From the sequence record NC_062581.1: DNA of 64,000 bases; one strand, given 5' to 3'. Every line of letters starts with the position of its first letter. The first letter of the stretch is position 1. Of the stretch, positions 61,176-64,000 are shown piece by piece. The position numbers and the translations under genes are program-made. The notes beneath the pieces are model-generated. The model saw only the letters and a program-made list of their open reading frames with translations. It made no database searches and was not told the DNA's origin.

Positions 61176-62516
61176 ATGTCTGAAGCAGAAGTTGTACAAA
61201 AAGAAATCAAAGCAGGTTTTGGTGTAGTAGAAAAAGATCGTAAACTTGCGCGCATCGTTATCATTGACGATGTTGTTCCACACCCTAATGCTGAACGCTT
61301 GGAACTTGCTGTAATTGGTGGTTGGCAACTCTGTGTCAAATTGGGCGAATACAAGAAAGGTGATCGTGCCGTTTATTGCGAGATCGATTCCCTGCTACCA
61401 TTGTCCAACGTAGAACTCTTTGGTTTCCTGGAAGAACGCCGTTCTGATAACCGTCGGGTTGATGGTGTTAACTTTCACCGGCTGAAGACTATCAAACTGC
61501 GTAAAGAAATTTCACAAGGTCTGTTGGTTCCAGTGCCAGCTAAGTTTAAAGATTCTCCGGTTGATACTAACCTGACTCTAGAACTGGGTATCTTGAAATA
61601 CGAACCACGTGCACCAATGGAGCCATCGAACAAAGAAGCTCGCGGTTCTGACTGGTACTCTCGTTTGATTCGTAAGATCATTGGTAACCTGGATGGTTCA
61701 CTGATTCCTTGGCCAGCTCAACTGACTAAGTCTGATCAGGACCGAGTACAGAACAAAACTGTTGCCTTCACCCTGGCTAAAGAAGCCGGTGAAGTATTTG
61801 AAGTTACCTACAAGCTTGATGGTAGCTCGATGACTGTGTTCTGCATCAACGATAAAGGTGTCCGTACTGGTGTGTGTTCTCGTAATTACGAGCTAGGTCT
61901 GGGTGAAGGTAATTGGTCGTTCTCTGAACAGCTGCGTCATTGGGTTGGTGCTTTCCTCATCCGTAACCGTAAAGTAGTTAGCTTGAAGAAAGTTCCTTTG
62001 GAAGAAGGTGGTTTCAAACGTAAACTACATTGGACTGGTATTCACATTCCACAGTGGTTGAAAGGTAGCATTGCTACTGAGAACAACTTCACTCGTTATG
62101 TGAAAGAACATGAAGTTACCAAGGCGCTGCGTGAATACCAAGCGCGTACTGGTGAATTCATTACTGTTCAAGGTGAATTGATTGGTCCGGACATTCAGTC
62201 TAACTTTGAAGGTGTAGACAAACACGAATACCACGTGTTCTCTGTGTACCGTAATGGTAACGAAGAAGTCTTGCCTGAAGAAGCTGAAAAGATTGTTAAA
62301 GAACTGGGTCTTACTTACGTTCCAATCTTTGATCGTGCGTTTGTAATCAAACCAGAACAAGGTGTTAAAGAAATCCTGGAATTGGCTGAAGGTCAACGTG
62401 CTTTCAATCCAAAGAAAGGTACTTACCGTGAAGGTCTGGTATTCAAGTCAAAATCTCGACTGATGTCCTTCAAAGCCATCAGCAATAGCTACCTTATCAA
62501 AAAAGCAGACGAATAA
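61176..62516 (+). CDS. ATP-dependent RNA ligase, DRB0094/Rnl2-like, with N-terminal OB-type domain
   Basis: HPNAERLE..GW, YCEIDSLLP, TYKLDGSS (KxDG), VCSRN, QGELIGPDIQ, REGLVFK, FKAISNSYL. Confidence 0.88.
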   Translation: MSEAEVVQKEIKAGFGVVEKDRKLARIVIIDDVVPHPNAERLELAVIGGWQLCVKLGEYKKGDRAVYCEIDSLLPLSNVELFGFLEERRSDNRRVDGVNFHRLKTIKLRKEISQGLLVPVPAKFKDSPVDTNLTLELGILKYEPRAPMEPSNKEARGSDWYSRLIRKIIGNLDGSLIPWPAQLTKSDQDRVQNKTVAFTLAKEAGEVFEVTYKLDGSSMTVFCINDKGVRTGVCSRNYELGLGEGNWSFSEQLRHWVGAFLIRNRKVVSLKKVPLEEGGFKRKLHWTGIHIPQWLKGSIATENNFTRYVKEHEVTKALREYQARTGEFITVQGELIGPDIQSNFEGVDKHEYHVFSVYRNGNEEVLPEEAEKIVKELGLTYVPIFDRAFVIKPEQGVKEILELAEGQRAFNPKKGTYREGLVFKSKSRLMSFKAISNSYLIKKADE

Positions 62517-62521
62517 CATGG

Positions 62522-62545
62522 GTAGGCCTTCGGGCCTGCTTTTTG
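62522..62545 (+). terminator. UUCG terminator
   Basis: GTAGGCC-TTCG-GGCCTGC-TTTTT. Confidence 0.75.
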
Positions 62546-62568
62546 TCAACTAAACCAAGAAGTGAAAT

Positions 62569-62883
62569 ATGCACGATTCAAGCGTCATTCATCCATTTTT
62601 CAAAAATAAACCCAAACAAAAGAAAAAGAAATACGCCGTGAGTAGCGTTTATATCCGTGGTGCGACATCGTATTTAATCGATGCTATCCGTTGTTTGCCG
62701 CCAGAAGTATACCCACGCACTGCTGAAATTATTGCTATACTGCAAGAACCTAGATCGGGTAGTAGTATCGTAAGAATTGACCATAAAAAGACATGGTTTC
62801 TTCGGCGTCCTTATGAAACTATTTTGGTCACCGATTACCTACACACAACCATTTATGAAGTGAAACATTTTCTAGATAAATAA
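62569..62883 (+). CDS. hypothetical basic protein
   Basis: 104 aa. Confidence 0.55.
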   Translation: MHDSSVIHPFFKNKPKQKKKKYAVSSVYIRGATSYLIDAIRCLPPEVYPRTAEIIAILQEPRSGSSIVRIDHKKTWFLRRPYETILVTDYLHTTIYEVKHFLDK

Positions 62884-62897
62884 AAAGAGTTATTACC

Positions 62898-63014
62898 GTG
62901 AAAAAACTGATGACCATGTGTGTAGCACTATTAATGGGTCTGGTATTAGCTGGTGCCACTATGGCAGCTATGCAAGTGACCGTAGTTAAAACACATAACC
63001 TGGAATCCAAATGA
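62898..63014 (+). CDS. 38-aa hydrophobic peptide (not in ORF track)
   Basis: GTG-KKLMTMCVALLMGLVLAGATMAAM...; ATGA coupling to the next gene. Confidence 0.45.
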   Translation: MKKLMTMCVALLMGLVLAGATMAAMQVTVVKTHNLESK

Positions 63015-63622
63015 CTTACGAAGAACAACGTAAATCTGATATTGTACATATCACTGATCTGCAACAGAATCTGTTGCGTAAACCACAAATGTGGAAAGAT
63101 ACATCAATGATTGAAAGCAAGTGGATACGTTTGCTGGCCGGTGAAGAACCAATTGATGATTTCATATACGCTATTAACTATCTGTTGAAGCACTGGCTTA
63201 GTCAAGAGAACATTACTTGTTCGGCAGGTATGCATCTCTTTGCTTACTTTCAAGTCTGGGCTTGTTTTCCACAACATATCCGTGACCAACATACGTCTAC
63301 ACTGGAAGCTATTCAAGAATTCCTAAGACGTCCTGAATGTACACTGATGGTTTTTCTTGATGTACTGGATGGCCCACATGACGTTAGTGAATGGGTAGAC
63401 ATCTGGTGGGATCGGGATGTACTAGAAACTTACGTCCGGGGCAAAAAAGAAGAACTTGAAAATCCACCGTTTAACTTTGATCTGGATAGAATGAAAGCGT
63501 CCATTGAATCAGGCACTATTTCAATTCCTCCTGGACTTGCAGGTAAAGGTGAATTGCGTGCTTATTTGAAAAATCGGTTAATTGAACTGGATAAAGATAA
63601 TGGCCAAATCGGTAAGGTATAA
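63011..63622 (+). CDS. hypothetical protein
   Basis: 203 aa. Confidence 0.65.
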   Translation: MTYEEQRKSDIVHITDLQQNLLRKPQMWKDTSMIESKWIRLLAGEEPIDDFIYAINYLLKHWLSQENITCSAGMHLFAYFQVWACFPQHIRDQHTSTLEAIQEFLRRPECTLMVFLDVLDGPHDVSEWVDIWWDRDVLETYVRGKKEELENPPFNFDLDRMKASIESGTISIPPGLAGKGELRAYLKNRLIELDKDNGQIGKV

Positions 63623-63881
63623 AGACGGCACTCGGATCATGGAAGGATCGGAAGCGTGGGAACTTTATCATAACCCACCTAAGATTCTAAAAGTCCCTAA
63701 TGCTCCAAAAAGTCTTGATAAACACATGGAAGACTTGGATAAGACCTTTCGTAAAATAGAAGGTCGGAAACCACGCAACGAATTAACAGAACGTGAAAAA
63801 ATAATGGAAGGAATCATTCCTTTTAACGTACAACGCATTAAACAAATTGATGCGGAACAAGCTGCGCTACAATTAATTTAA
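63600..63881 (+). CDS. hypothetical protein
   Basis: MAKSVRY start overlapping the upstream gene. Confidence 0.6.
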   Translation: MAKSVRYKDGTRIMEGSEAWELYHNPPKILKVPNAPKSLDKHMEDLDKTFRKIEGRKPRNELTEREKIMEGIIPFNVQRIKQIDAEQAALQLI

Positions 63882-63891
63882 GGAGTAACAA

Positions 63892-64000
63892 ATGTTATTA
63901 AAATTGTGGAAAGCTTTTTTAAGCTTATTTGTACCTGAAGTTAAAGACCGTCATTATTGGTTTCAAGATTTGAATGACGACCGTGATGTTCGGCGTGCAT
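63892..64000 (+). CDS. hypothetical protein, truncated by the window edge
   Basis: AAGGAG SD; MLLKLWKAFLSLF... Confidence 0.55.
   Translation, partial: MLLKLWKAFLSLFVPEVKDRHYWFQDLNDDRDVRRA

Overview
This is a 64-kb segment of a phiKZ-like (Chimalliviridae-type) jumbo phage genome; the host cannot be determined from the sequence. Left part (1.4-20.3 kb): the conserved virion block, with prohead protease, virion RNA polymerase subunits (beta' C-terminal piece, beta, beta' with DFDGD), a tape-measure/lytic transglycosylase and the following tail protein. Right part (20-64 kb): mostly + strand early/accessory operons delimited by TATATTAC promoters and GC hairpins, interrupted by a - strand cassette of paralogous virion/fibre proteins and an SNF2 helicase. 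Recognisable enzymes are tmk, dcd, thyA, NAD-dependent ligA, a DEDDh exonuclease, a SLOG/DprA-like protein, an RNA ligase, SspB, a BCS1-like AAA ATPase and a Prs + NAMPT pair (NARP1-like NAD+ reconstitution). The most unusual observations are: (1) a structured intergenic RNA candidate at about 35.52-35.69 kb complementary to the 3' end of 16S rRNA; (2) a lambda-type G GGA AAG -1 frameshift site that would extend the head protein encoded beside the vRNAP genes; (3) an apparently catalytically dead paralogue of the prohead protease at 60.4 kb; (4) an early-expressed SspB-like ClpXP adaptor; (5) amphipathic insertions in soluble enzymes. All family assignments come from motif recognition by eye; no database search was run.
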